Assembly: GCF_963853765.1 (NCBI RefSeq)
Contig: NC_088858.1
Span: forward strand, 30,876,001-30,940,000
Origin: Magallana gigas
Lineage: Eukaryota
Direction of reading: 5' to 3'
Length of the DNA stretch: 64,000 bases
A program made the position numbers and the translations under genes. The notes under the pieces are model-generated. The model searched no databases, was not told the DNA's origin, and saw only the letters and a list, made by a program, of their open reading frames with translations. This document shows positions 14,398 through 27,116 of this stretch, one piece after another (position 1 is the first letter of the stretch; every line of letters begins with the position of its first letter).

Positions 14398-14440
14398 CTA
14401 TATCAAGAAGGAAAAGTATACAGCCAATTACCATGGTCAT
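14398..14440 (-). other. Orphan CTL first exon with intact splice donor
   Basis: MTMVIGCILFLLDI, G|GTAAGTA, minus-strand TATAAA near 14492-14497; no exons 2-4 of its own before CTL-1 exon 1. Confidence 0.75.
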
Positions 14441-15819
14441 ATTGAAACCAGTTGTCTGTGTTACAATCACTATGCGATCTATTGCAAAACGTTTATATGA
14501 CTAGATCATCAAATTGGGATCGCTTGGTTTTAGATATAAGTAAATCTAAACATTAGATATACATATTGATATATTATTGATATTCATGCAGTTTCCAAAA
14601 TAACTTGTATTTATTTAAAAGAGAAATTTGCAGTTGTAGATGTGATTATACAGTGATATCACTAGATTTGCATGAAAATAGTCTGTAATATTGTTAAGTC
14701 GAGATATTTCATAGGGAGAATTTACCTTGTTTTCAAGGCTTGTTACAAGAAATCAATTAACAAACAAAATATCTGAATTTTTCAATAGAATGTCTTTATG
14801 ATAAGATATGATTTTTCCATCAGAACAATGATTTTTCCATCAGAACAATCATTAGCAAATTAAAAATGATGTACATATGTATACATCATATAAGTGTACA
14901 TATTTATTTTTGCTACCATTAGAATGAGACAAACCTGAAGCTCCATGAAAGTTGACATCAATAACACACGTACTTGAATTCCTATCGTCTGAATGATTTA
15001 TTTACAATTTACAAACACATGTTTAGCCAACTACTGGAGTTCCATCTTCATTACTGCAAATAACACATCTTAAAATGATAAATACAATTTAAGATTGATG
15101 CATGTTTAAAAAAAGGGAATTAATACACATTTAAATCGTTTCAAAAGTGTGTGATGATGCAGATGTGACAGTGTATTTTTCAAAAAAACAAGATAACACA
15201 ATGCATCTGTCTTTACATTAAAGTTGTTTTTATCAGTATACCAGATAGCTGTATAAAATCATATACCTGAGACCTATGTGATATAAATCAGCTGTTATTT
15301 TACGTACAGAGGTCACGTCCAATCTATCTTTTGAAGAATACGGTCATTACCATTCAGTAACAATCAAGGTTGTATTTAGTAATAACTGGCAGATGAATTA
15401 ATAAAAAAAAACCATGACATTATAGATATTTAAATATTCAGAACCTTTAAGCGAAGTTTGTAAATTTCCGCTGTTACAAAAATTCACACACTATGAGCTT
15501 GCGAATCTTAGCGTAAAATTTGCATGTGTAGTTTTGTTAGCCACAGTTTGATTGGTTGGATGTTCGAGAGCAGTAGCGTAACAGAACCGCTAAAGTTTAC
15601 TCAAATTGACTCTGTAACCAAATAATTCATGTACTAAGAAAATCGAGTAGTTGTTTCGAATCTATTTGTATCGTGTTTATTTTAAATTGTCACTATGTGT
15701 TGCTAACTTGTACTCACTGATAGTCTGATAATTTTATAAATCAAACCAAGAACAATTAAAATCTCTTTCCCCGGTAGAACAAAACGACTTAGTTAGATGC
15801 AACGAACAAAGAGAACATC

Positions 15820-16849
15820 TTACGTAGTTTCGCAAATATAAGGATAAGGTTGGTCGCAGTCTTTGTCATTCCAAAGGTAATTCAGACTAAGGCCCTTTTT
15901 TAGACAATTTTGACCGTCTCTGTTGTCGGGTTGATGGTGAGCAAAATTTGAGTATTGAATCAACTCTCCTTCCGGTTCCCATACCCACATTCCCTCTTCA
16001 GTCCAATCAGAACCGCCCAACCATGCGTTGTCCGCTACAATTTATTTTGCCGATTAAAGCTATACACGCTATAATTGGCGTCAATTTTTAATGACAGTAA
16101 AAATGCATGCTTTTGTTTACTTATAAAAGTTATCTTTATTCTATAAATTACAATGGTGAATTCCATCTTGTCACAAAGATATATATTTTTCTGGCAAGAA
16201 AGTAATGCCTTTTCATGAATATTAATGAAGGAAGGGCGATATAGACCTCTTGCGCATATCCGATGTAAATCAGGTGGCCGTTATTTTGTGCCTAATTACA
16301 TATATTTGTGTTGATTTTGTATATGCTTAACATTTTTTTATTTGTTATATATACATGCATTTTGAATGTAATACGTTCGTAATTCACGATGCCTGTTTAA
16401 ATAGGATAACATTCGCACGAACTAAAAATAGCACATAGGGGAAAGCACATAGGCCTACGTCATTGTTTAAGTGAAGTATAATATAAACATTCCTACACGC
16501 TCGTGTTTTTGATTTCTTTTGTTCAAATTAATGTAAGGGTCAATTTCTGCTAAATTGAAAAAAATTTTTATGTCAGTTCATTTGTGAAATTATAACAACT
16601 ATGACGGTTTTGACCCTCCACCTTTTTTGTATCATAGTCTAAAGTTAGCTGGCGAGATCAAGTGTTGGATTGATATCCATGAGGTGACATTACCTTCCTG
16701 GCAGAAAAATAAATATTTTTTATTGTTTATAACTTTGTTGCGTGATCGTTTTAAATATTATAATTGACATCATAAAGTTAGTTTTATAAGAAATCAAACA
16801 CATGAATTTAACAGCCTGTATAGCTTAAATGTACTATGACTATATACAT

Positions 16850-16921
<72 letters not shown>

Positions 16922-19900
16922 CACTGAAAAAACCAAGAACACTCGATATCCATAAGTGTCGGGGATCTGAAAGATCAGTAACATGCGATATGAAAAAGCG
17001 CTAAAAATAACCAACGACACGATCAATAAAGTGAAATATTATCAATTTTTAGTTACAATCCGTCCCTTCTTCAGGACAACAAAAACTATACAGTACATAT
17101 TGAGGGAGAAAAACATATACAAAATTAGCACTTAACTAAAAATCTAAATAATGGAAATACGTTAGATTAATTTAAATGTAGCAATAACATCTTATTGCTA
17201 CATTTAAATTAATCTAGCGTATTTACTTTATTTAGATTTTTAGCCGACTATAGTTTTTTTGCTCGTATTTTTTGGCGGCATAATCTTTTGAATAACAGTG
17301 TAGGCTATATTTTCAGCTTAAGGTACTTCACTACACCGAGACTTGTACTTTTTTAGACACTACGTCATAAGATGGCGATTTAAATGTTTTGTTAAACTAA
17401 CTGTATCAATCGATTCAGATGTGTATCGTCGTAGCTCAGTGGTTAAACAGGTCGAGACCACTATATTTTGTGACGTCGGCATAAATTTGCATACTAAATT
17501 AGCCATCTGTTTACTTTTATCGACAAACCAATCAGGTGAATGAGTTGCAAGGCATTGTGGGCTACTACAAGTTTCAGTGTATACAAAGCGTATTGAAAAT
17601 ATATACCATTTTGAATTGTCCTTTGGAAACTCATTATGAATGATTTTTCAGAATTTATGAAATTTATATGGACAGTTATGTCTGAACTTCAATTTCTATG
17701 CTCACATTTAAAAAGTATTGCATATGAGGACTTATATCAACCTATTTAAATACCCCATTGTCACTGTTCAAAAGAGAGGTACGTCCTATAGAACTAGAAG
17801 CAGCGAGTACCGTTTTTTCACATGATATCCCATATTTAAAGCAACATTATTAGAATCCGCGTTGATATTTTCTTCAGGGACATTCATCAGATTGCTTCAC
17901 GGACAAAATACTATATGCTGCACAGCTTGCGCTTCTGCGTTTGTATATTTGTGCATTTCTACTACCGTGGCTATTCACGTATGTTACAAATGTACAGTTA
18001 CCTGTATTTATTTCTAGTGCACAATGATAAAGTCCCCAATACACAACTGTGCAGTTTTTTCTTATCAAAACCTGTTTGTACTTGTATGCGTATGTTTGTC
18101 AGTCGTTTGATACTGATCATTTTTGAAGCAACAATTGATCAACTAAAACAACAGTATTTTTCAATGTGAGCATGGAACAAAGTTAATGGTACGTAATCTT
18201 TCCTTTTTTACCTTCTAAAGTAAAAATCAAGATGTACAAACATTCCGGCAAGCAATTAAATATTGTGAATAAAACAGACAAAAACCACGTGCGTTTGTTG
18301 AATCGTAGACACGTTGTAGACCGTCATGCATTGCAACTCATTCACTGGATTGGAGAATCTGTTTGACGAAAATACTGTCACGTGTTAAATAATGCTATCC
18401 ATATAAGGTAGTGTACCCGACCTGTTAAAGTATCAGGCTTGTGAACCGCAGGTCATGAGTTCGAATCCACCTGGGGCTTTTGTTTATGCTTACTGAATGA
18501 AATTTTTGAAAATACCATTTTTATCTAAAATTGCACAATTTTTCGCCTATTTGATAAATATACTTCTTATCCATCATGCTTTCTATCATAATCAAGTAAT
18601 GTTTTGCTGATATGAAAAACTATTTCAAGGTGTAGTGAGGAACCTTAAATCGTATCAAAGTTCTTTTAAGGAAGCTGACAATAGTTTTTATAGCTCGTTT
18701 TTGGTGCATAACCTTTTAGAATACAGTGTATTTAAACCTTAAAGAAAATGTTTTGATATCAAGTATGAAAGTTTTTTTTTTGAGGAAAATTTTATTTATG
18801 GAACAATGTTTAACTTTTTTGAAAAGTGATCAGTGCCATTGCGCATTATGACGTCATAATAAAAGAAGCAGTTAAAAGTGTACGCCTTTAAAAACCTATC
18901 TACATTGGTAATGCTTCAAATATATTTCAGAATTTTTTCCTTTTTTTATTTTGATATGACCCCTTATTTAAAAGCTAGATGGTAGAATTCGGTATTTATT
19001 TTTTTTATAAATAAGGTTAAAACTGATATTACTAATTGCACATTAAAATTTGAAGAAAATCGATGGTGTATTATTAAGGAAGGAGTCTTCTCGTTATCAA
19101 ACATAATTCTGATGATAAGAAATTCATGAAATTTTGACACATTCAAACGGATCATATTACTAAATGATTCTATCAGTTTAATCAAATCTGACCTTTTTGT
19201 TTTTTGCATAAAGGTCAGGTCAAGGTCACTACCTTTTTCCTCACGGTAAAGGATAATAAAAATAAGAATAGCTCTTCGTAGTTCTCTAGACATTTGTTTA
19301 AGATTTGAAGATTCTATTCTTCAATGAAATGATAGAATATAAGAATTTCTATCAGCTTATCCTTCTAAATTGGAATGAATATTTATACTAAAATTGATAT
19401 TGCTTAACCCGCATTTCCTCTAATTATCTTAAAGTTTGAAGAAATTTTGATTAAATTTTTATGCTTCCAATAATAAAATATTTCTGATTTGTATGTATTA
19501 TGGAGACTTTATGATAAGATATAAATTGACAGAAAAGAGAAAAGCTAATATATTGACCGTTTGATAAGAGAGAAAAACTGATTTTAGTGATTTTTTCTCA
19601 AAAATCAATGTATAGAAAGGGGGCTTTAAAACGCTTATAAAATGTAATTTGATAGGCAAATCATATTTTAAAAACATATTCTGAAACCCAAGTATCATAT
19701 CATTAGTTCACATTAGTAAAACAAATCCAACATAAATATTATTATTTTTAAAATGCTAAAACAGACTCATTAATCTGCAGCAATTGCGAAACATGCGATA
19801 TTTTCCTACGCCAATATTACGCCAAAAATGTAGTCCTTGTTAGATTCTATACATTGATTACTTTTTCTATGCCAAGTTGTGTGATAGTAAAAAAGAGAGG

Positions 19901-21647
19901 AAAATATACTATTTTAATTTCCTTTCATCTTGATTTAATGGACAATTAATCAAATTTACGTTTGACAAGTCGAAAACAAGAAAAGACTCCTTCCTTAAAT
20001 CTGCTTTGAGGTGCGCCAAATTTCATTATTCCATATATTCGTGCAGTAATATTTTTATTGTAAATGTATTTTGAGATGACCACTTAAAAGAATCAAACGG
20101 TAGATTGCGTTAAAACGTTGCATATAATCTATCAGAGTATCATATACCTGCGAGAAAGAGAATTTTGCTATCGTAGTTTTAACGCAACAAAGAAACTACA
20201 CGCCCAATTTGCCATCCTTTTTTGAGTCTAAACCATGACCTAATTTTTCTTGACTGTTACTCCGACGTTCATTATTTAATGCAAACATTAATTCATAAGG
20301 GGGAGGGAAGTTGGAAAAAATATCTATACCCATTGCTTCAAAGGTCAAAATCGTAGACGTTTGGTATACGGAGATCTTCTGGCCATTAAGGGGAAATAGA
20401 ATGTTGATCTCGTGAATTTTTTGATCATGTGGTCAAACATATTTGATCTATTAAGATGACATAAAAATTGCTCAGCAAAAATGTTAATATTATTCACCTT
20501 TATGAGTTATCAATAGATTGGTTGTAAAATTATCCTCACTGGCACTGTTTACGTGAACCAGGTATGCACCGTGTATCTCGCACATTTTCTAGGTACGAAA
20601 ATAAAGAAATGATTTAATGCTCCGTGTAAATCAAACTTTCATAATTCTGCATTTGTTATTTGGTCTTCATTATAACACTAAACTTGAGTTCACAACAAAC
20701 ACTGATTTACTTGTTATAACATTTGGATTATATGCACATGATTATATTTAAAAGAAAAGATAGCTGTGTCCAACGAATATGGAGTAAAATGAATAATTTA
20801 TAAAATTTGAAATTAGAAGAGGGTTTAAGAGTGTTTGATTGTTGTGGCCATATTTAGACTCTAATTATCACCTTAAAAAGGAGAGCACTTTATAAGAATA
20901 CAGGAAAATGTCCAAATCTAAAATGTAAAATATGTAGACTCTCTCTATACAAAATAATAGTTTCTATGTAAAGACATCATATCAAAAAAATAAGGGAAGA
21001 TCTTATGGCTAATTTGTTTACCACCAAGTCTTCTTGAGTAGATAAAAATGGAAAACAATTATATTCCTTTACTAAATATGAACAAGTTGAATTATTTCAT
21101 TATAAAGTAAAACTATCCAACTACTGTAAATTCCTTATTAAACTCCGCGTAAAATCGCGAGAAGCCCGTCTCGCGAATTATAAAATCTCGCTTTCATTTT
21201 TTCAGACATATATAAACTACATGAAACTATGATAAAATTTCGGCATTCGCGATTTTATGTTCTCGCGATTTGATGGAAAACCGTTGTATCGCAGAATTAA
21301 AGACTCGCGTAAAATAAGGAATCTACAGTATTGTATGACACTGACCATGCCATCAATCCACGATTTTTTATCTAATGATAAATGATAGCAAGACGTGTTG
21401 AAAGTAGTCCATCCGGGGCGACATCCTAATGCTGCAATGTAAAGATTTACCCCTTTCATAATGCGTGAATGGTTTGTTTGTATAGATTGTTTAAATTATT
21501 TTTACAAAAGTGAAAGTAAACATTAACAAAATTACTACTAAAAGAAAGAAATAAAAAAAATTGTTGAAAAAAAGTCAGAGAATAAGACACTAACAAATAC
21601 TCACCTATATCAAGAAGGAAAAGTAGGCATCCAATTATCATGGTCAT
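15820..21647 (-). CDS. CTL-2: perlucin-like C-type lectin, QPD/WND type, ~144 aa
   Basis: Exons 21605-21647, 21346-21431, 20498-20588, 15820-16034, all GT-AG and frame-consistent; exon lengths equal CTL-1; intron 3 expanded to 4.46 kb by insertions. Confidence 0.9.
16852..16916. repeat. (GA)n microsatellite
   Basis: Pure GA run in CTL-2 intron 3. Confidence 0.95.
16960..17090 (-). mobile_element. Penelope-like terminal remnant with degenerate hammerhead core
   Basis: Minus strand GTCCTGAAGAAGGGACGGATTGTAACTAAAA: CTGAAGA core present but stem II and GAAA are broken. Confidence 0.4.
17136..17243. repeat. ~108-bp near-perfect AT-rich palindrome
   Basis: TAGATTAATTTAAATGTAGCAATAA-CATC-TTATTGCTACATTTAAATTAATCTA; arms extend to ~52 bp with few mismatches. 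Confidence 0.85.
17322..18644. mobile_element. Kolobok-like element with perfect TTAA TSD and tRNA-like internal boxes
   Basis: TTAA|GGTACTTCACTACACC ... GGTGTAGTGAGGAACC|TTAA; A-box-like GTAGCTCAGTGGTTAA (~17430) and B-box-like GAGTTCGAATCC (~18457). Confidence 0.75.
18670..20200. mobile_element. Kolobok-like MITE (same family as 32814-33550), interrupted by a nested element; right end degenerate
   Basis: TTAA|GGAAGCTGAC start; internal segments align with 32820-33540 on both sides of the nested insert. Confidence 0.55.
19078..19994. mobile_element. Nested Kolobok-like MITE
   Basis: TTAA|GGAAGGAGTCTTCTCGTT ... AACAAGAAAAGACTCCTTCC|TTAA; removing it rejoins the host element. Confidence 0.75.
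21124..21328. mobile_element. Tc1/mariner-type MITE (TA TSD) in CTL-2 intron 2
   Basis: TA|CTGTAAATTCCTTATT ... AATAAGGAATCTACAG|TA; empty site with a single TA in CTL-1 intron 2 (~9549). Confidence 0.8.
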
Positions 21648-22674
21648 ATTGACACCAGTTGTCCTTGTCACGATCAAATGTATATATATTGAGGATAGAT
21701 AATAAAATCATTAGATAGTGATCGCTTTGTTTGATATACAACTATATGTTTAATGTTATTGCTTTTATGGTTAATATATTTGTGTACTTTTCCAAATAAT
21801 TATATAATAATTGGATTTTTGCAAGAAAAAATGCCTAATTATAGATAACTTTTTTTTACTAATTCACCATAAAATAGTTGGTAAAATTATTAAGTTGCAG
21901 AATGTTTTGAGGGGAGAATATATCTTGTGTGCAAGACTCATTACAAGAAGTCGATCAACAGACAAAAGTTTTCAATCAGAAGTCCTCATGATACTATATG
22001 ATTTTCCAACCAGAACAATTATGAAAATTGAAAATTATGTGAGTTCTCAGAATTATCTAAGCAGTTAGGTTGCAAGCTACATGTAGATCAATCTCATATA
22101 CAATTATTTCTATGCGCTTTTGGCAAAGTCATGCTTTTGAGCATCAGATTAAAAAAAATTAATGTTACATCCGGGGTCAGACTTGTTTATTTCTGGCTTG
22201 TGAAAAAGATCAGGGTTGTCGTTTTTGTGTTCAAATTCATGTTGCATCGGAAACGGAAAAAGAAGCCCAAATGAGACCTAGGGATCAGTAAAGATGGAAA
22301 TGAAGGACAAAACTGGACATGAGGACAGGTCAAGCGATTGACTCAAGACAAACCAACATTAAAGTCTCTTGAGACGGTTTTTAAGTGTTGACAAGAAAAA
22401 GGAAGAATAGATAGGTTCGAGGAGTTTTCCCAAAATATTGTCACTCTACGTTCTTCGGGTTATAATCGTAAACTTCTTACTGAAAACCACATTGACACGT
22501 TAGATTGATCACTAAACCGTAGCGGAATAACATTTCATATCTTTACTACAGTGTTCATTGTTTAAATTGTTTAAAGAATAGCGTATTTATTACAATATTT
22601 TCAAAATGACTAGAAAAATCAAACAATGCACTTGAAATTATAGGGCCGATATAAAAAGTAGGTCCTTTCTTGGC

Positions 22675-22902
22675 ATGAAACCCGTATACATGTATATTCA
22701 TTGTGGAGTCTGTGACAAATATGGGGACGGTCAAATGTATGATACATCTTTTAGTACTAGGGTCGCTAAATTTAAAAGAGGTACCAAACACTTCAAAGAT
22801 GCTTCTCGCCCTGCATCAGTTGCAACCAATAATAATACCCTACACATCTACCAAACTTACAGAAAGACGCAAGAGATATCATTAGGCAATTGGCTAGGAT
22901 GA
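22675..22902 (+). mobile_element. Decayed mariner-family transposase HTH fragment
   Basis: ORF IHCGVCDKYGDGQMYDTSFSTRVAKFKRGTKHFKDASRPASVAT resembles the mariner N-terminal HTH (IH..L...YG....S..TV..W...FK.G...L.D..RSGRP); lies in a ~470-bp insertion absent at 31.2 kb. Confidence 0.5.
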
Positions 22903-23699
22903 GAACCTTGAAGTTAGCACGTGTATGTTTAAAAAAATCTAAAAATTAGAAAGATAAACGCTAGGCGGATGCCTCATTTGCTAAGCGATAAACAAAGGAG
23001 AGGTCGTGTTGAAGATGCAAACAATTATTGCAATTGTGTCTAAAATATACTAGAAACACAAAACAATTAAGAAACTGGTGATGAGGCCTGGGTTACAATT
23101 TTGAGCCAAAACGTTAGAGTTCTAACGAAAAATGAGCATCATATCTAGAAAGTGAAAAACGTCCTAGCATTGCTAAATGTTCACGAACCATGATTAATAC
23201 ATTATACATTATTTTCCTTAACAATATAGGCCCTGTCAAGCAAACTCCTTTGCTTTGAGAAGTATATTGAGAAGTATATTTCCAGAGGTGGATTGATTTT
23301 CAAGAAAGTGTATTCGGGTCAAAAGTGGGTACTTTGAAGGGGAGGGATCAAAAATCAATTTGTGTTTTAAACACAAGAAATTTTTCTTTATTTTATAATG
23401 CAATATATTTTATACAATTATATATACAGAACATTATTAATGTTTTATTATAGGACTTTATATGCAATCAATCAATGGCGCTGTACATACAAATAAATTA
23501 CATCCGGGTATACGTTTTACGTGTACATGCAGAATTTTAAAATGTCAATGTCGTCTTGTGTAATAAGAGTTCAGAGTTTTGTCACAGTTATTTAAAAGCA
23601 CATATATGACAAAAACATAAAGCTGGCGCTTAAAAATATTAAAATCACGGATAGTTTTAATGTCTGCTTGAAATTCATTCCAAACGGTAGGTCCAGATA

Positions 23700-23907
23700 C
23701 TGTAAACAGGGTTATTTTCGCCCCGAGTTATTTTCGCCCTTCAACATTTGAATTCGGTTTTGCTCCGTCTTAAATTCGCCAAGATAGGCGTGTGTACTGA
23801 AGAGATAACTTGGAACATTGGAATTCGCCCAGTCTTAAATTCGCCTCCTGACAAAGAGGGCGAAAGGGGTGAAAATAAAACAGGGGCGAATATTTCTCTG
23901 AAAACAG
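23700..23907. mobile_element. TA-flanked MITE
   Basis: TA|CTGTAAACAGGGTTATTTTCGCCCC ... GGGGCGAATATTTCTCTGAAAACAG|TA; repeated TTCGCC motifs. Confidence 0.6.
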
Positions 23908-24379
23908 TATTCCAAATGACCTGGCAGCAAAGGGCTTATGTTTGACGACAAGGACGATTAGTTTTTAACACCTCAAAAATTACTTAAGCACTTTTTATGG
24001 GATTTGATCAGTTTGGCAGTTAGTGGCCTTTTAGCTTTTGATCACACGTAACATATCTTCGTCAGATACTATACCGAAATGTTTAAAGTCATTTGTGCAC
24101 TAAGATCCAAGATTTGGATATTATCTAATGTTAATGCAAATGGTTATAATGTTATCAGTAAAGAATGAGCCAAATCCGTCTGCTAGTGATTCGTCACTAA
24201 TGTTTGGCGGCATGGGATTACTATTAGTTTTACCTATCAATCAAAACACAGGTTTATACATTTTAGATTCATCCTTTCCACACTTGGTAATTTTTGAATT
24301 GATATGCTTGTATTTGTTATACATGTATCTAAGATGTTTTCTACAGGCCCATTTGGCATATCAGAAGGTGTGATCATTG

Positions 24380-25062
24380 TCGGCAGTCTAGTTTCCTCTC
24401 GATCTTCTTTCCCCTGGTCTGTAGCGTGTCTTCAGATGACAAGATTTCTCTGAAACCATGGTAACGTTGCTCGAATTGTATTTTTTCTCTCTCTTTGATG
24501 GGCATGTTTGTCTAAGATACTTCGGAGTTCAGAATTGTAAAACTTTTCATTTTTGGTTGCATTTTTATTGAATTGGGCAAGGTCGTTCATAAATTGTGTC
24601 GTATTAATAGCCCTGAATTTCCGAATTTTTCGTTTGAATGAAACTATGGTCACTAATCTGAAAATTTTCGGATGGTTCGGACAAAATAATTTTATCATTG
24701 TCTCGTATAGTGATTAGTTCAAATGTGTTTCCGTATCGATGTGTTTGGCAGTTAACTATCTGACACAACCCCATGACATCACACATTTCATTTAATATCC
24801 AAGTCATTAACTTTATTGTGATAGATGTAAAAGTCTCCACTAATGATAACCGTGCGATGGTTTGTTATTATCTCCTCTAGAAAAGTTGTAAATTCATAAA
24901 AAATGTCGTTGTGGAAATTGCATGCGTTTTTGAGTATGGGGGAAGATTAACTCTCAGAATATGTATAGTGGTCGAATGAAAGTCTAATTCAAACAATGAA
25001 TATTCGAATGAATCTCTCTTTCCAGAGTCAACTAACTTTATTTGAAGCATGTTTCTAAACAA
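24380..25062 (-). mobile_element. Decayed LINE (CR1/L2-like) endonuclease-linker fragment
   Basis: Frameshifted segments LPPYSKTHAISTTTFF, NTFELITIRD..ISDH, RKFRAINTTQFMNDL..FYNSELRSILDKHA..TIRATLPWF match the AP-endonuclease-to-RT linker pattern (YRPP, TLDL, SDH, LDKHAP, PW). Confidence 0.6.
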
Positions 25063-27116
25063 AATACTAGTTCCGCCACCAGATCAAAATTTACGTAGAA
25101 CATTAATAAAAGCATATCTACATGTAGGTAATGTAAACAATATTTAACAATGTAAACAATTTTCAAACAATGTTAACATGAAAACAGTTTAAAAGTTCGG
25201 TCACAAATATTAAAAACAAAGACAATTTACCAATAAATTTATAATTTTTTATTATTTGGAGGAAAGTATACTTTCGTAAAAACTTTCGTTTACGAAATGA
25301 TAATGGCAAGTCTGTGTTTGAAAGAATACATTAAATCTTTATCTGCAAAATTCCAAAATATTTCAACCAACTACTGGATTTCCAGGGTTATTTCTGAAAA
25401 ATTACAAAATGTGTTTATCGTAAATATTGCTTAACGGTTCATGTTTTAAAAATTAGATGATATCCCGCGCAAGCTCGGAAATTACCACTTTACACAATAA
25501 TATGAAAGAAAGCTAAATGTGTTTAACAATATATTTTGTTCATTTTTCAATACAAGTAGCTGTGTTCGAGATTTTTAAAAACCTTTCTTAACCTATTCTT
25601 TAAAATTGAATTTAAAAATACTTAATCAACAGCATGGCTTGATATTTAGAGAAGCGGGGAGGAATAAACAATGGATAATATATATATATGTACTTGGCCC
25701 TCATTCCAAATGGTACAGCTGACTGGAAAATTGTTTCGTATCCCTAAATTTTATTCTAAGGTCAAACACTATATTTTTTTATCACTGTCCCCAACATAAG
25801 ACTGTTTTGGTAAATTGGGGGAGGTTAATCACCCACCCTTAAACTTCTCCGTGTCATGCATACAGTAATTTATTTAAATAGACGTACATTTAGAACACAA
25901 TCTGTTCTTTGTTTACAAACTTATGTGTAAGATTTACAACCAATTTCTCGTGGTTGAAAAATAAATTAAAAGTAAAAGAAAACAACCCACGTTCCTTGAA
26001 AGTTCTTTCCATCAAAACTCAAACCGCATCATTTTGTTTTATTCATCACTTTTTTGTAATAGCCAGAAATATCCGATTCAAGGTATCTGCCCACGATGCA
26101 TGATGAACCCGTCATACGCTTTTTTGCCATAGCGTTCATTAGTATACCCGCGTTCCTGGTTACCCTGTTCTGAAAAGTTCTATTTCATTCTCACCTGATG
26201 TCGCGCTTACAAGCGTTCTATCCATCAAAACTAAAATCACGCATTCAAGAAAAGAATTGCTTTATTTCATTTCGTCAACGTTTGTCAAATATTAATTTCT
26301 ATGTAAACTCAAAGTAAGTTCCAAGGAAGTTCTCTTTACGTAATCAAATATCATTTTATTGCTTGTATATACATATTTGTACATGCATTTTGATGCTAAC
26401 TATCACTGAATTGGTTCAGCCAATACTATCTACCACCGTAATATCATAGATTTTTCTTAAATTTACATACAAAGATTTTAATAAGATGGAGTTGGCCCCC
26501 TCCCCCACTTTTCTGTGACCATTGAAACATTGAATTGAAAATAAGGAAACAAACAGTGAAATTGAAGTAAAAACTATACCAACTACCCCCCCCCCCCCCC
26601 ATCCCCCTCCCTCCCCCCCCCCCCCCCCCACGGATTAGAAATTTCCGGATTTTGAAAAGTAACCTCTTCCCCCCCTTTTTTTTGCTTGTCAATATTTTTT
26701 GGGATGAGGCTTGCCCCCTTTCAAAAACGATGCTACTTGCCTGATTTTGCTACTTTGGGATTCTTTATCGAACATTTCTTATTAATATCACCATAATTTC
26801 TTATCTTAAAATTGAATTTAATATTTATATCTTACGGACATCATATCACACGTGCTGAAATATTAAAGGTGTGAGCAGTTACTCTGGTACAGGCATTTTT
26901 TAGTCAATTGGCAAAATGTCTTATAAGTATTGATATTTGAATTAAAAGAGAGAATAAAAAATCATGTTGTTGCTTAAAGAATTTCAATTTTAAAAAACTC
27001 AAGATTGTTCAACGGGGAGCACTTTCTGGCATGCACAAAAAGCAACATCACACACTAAAATTTATTTTGAATCATATAAGACTACGTTAAGATATTGGAA
27101 TCAATTAAGAAAATTC

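Noticed and set aside
1427-18480. tRNA-like A/B-box segments (1427-1505, ~17430, 18405-18480; also ~36790-36845)
   Set aside because: No complete cloverleaf could be folded; they lie inside mobile elements, so they were not called tRNA genes.
26078-26169. GC-richer island after TTTTCAG that could encode QGNQERGYTNERYGKKAYDGFIMHRGQIP*
   Set aside because: That frame is phase-incompatible with the CTL-3 exon 4 donor, has no counterpart downstream of CTL-4, and shows no recognisable homology.
26500-26745. Poly-C/G tracts and Gly-rich ORFs (also 2580-2598, 60290-60308)
   Set aside because: Low-complexity runs within common repeat ends; G-quadruplex potential is generic.
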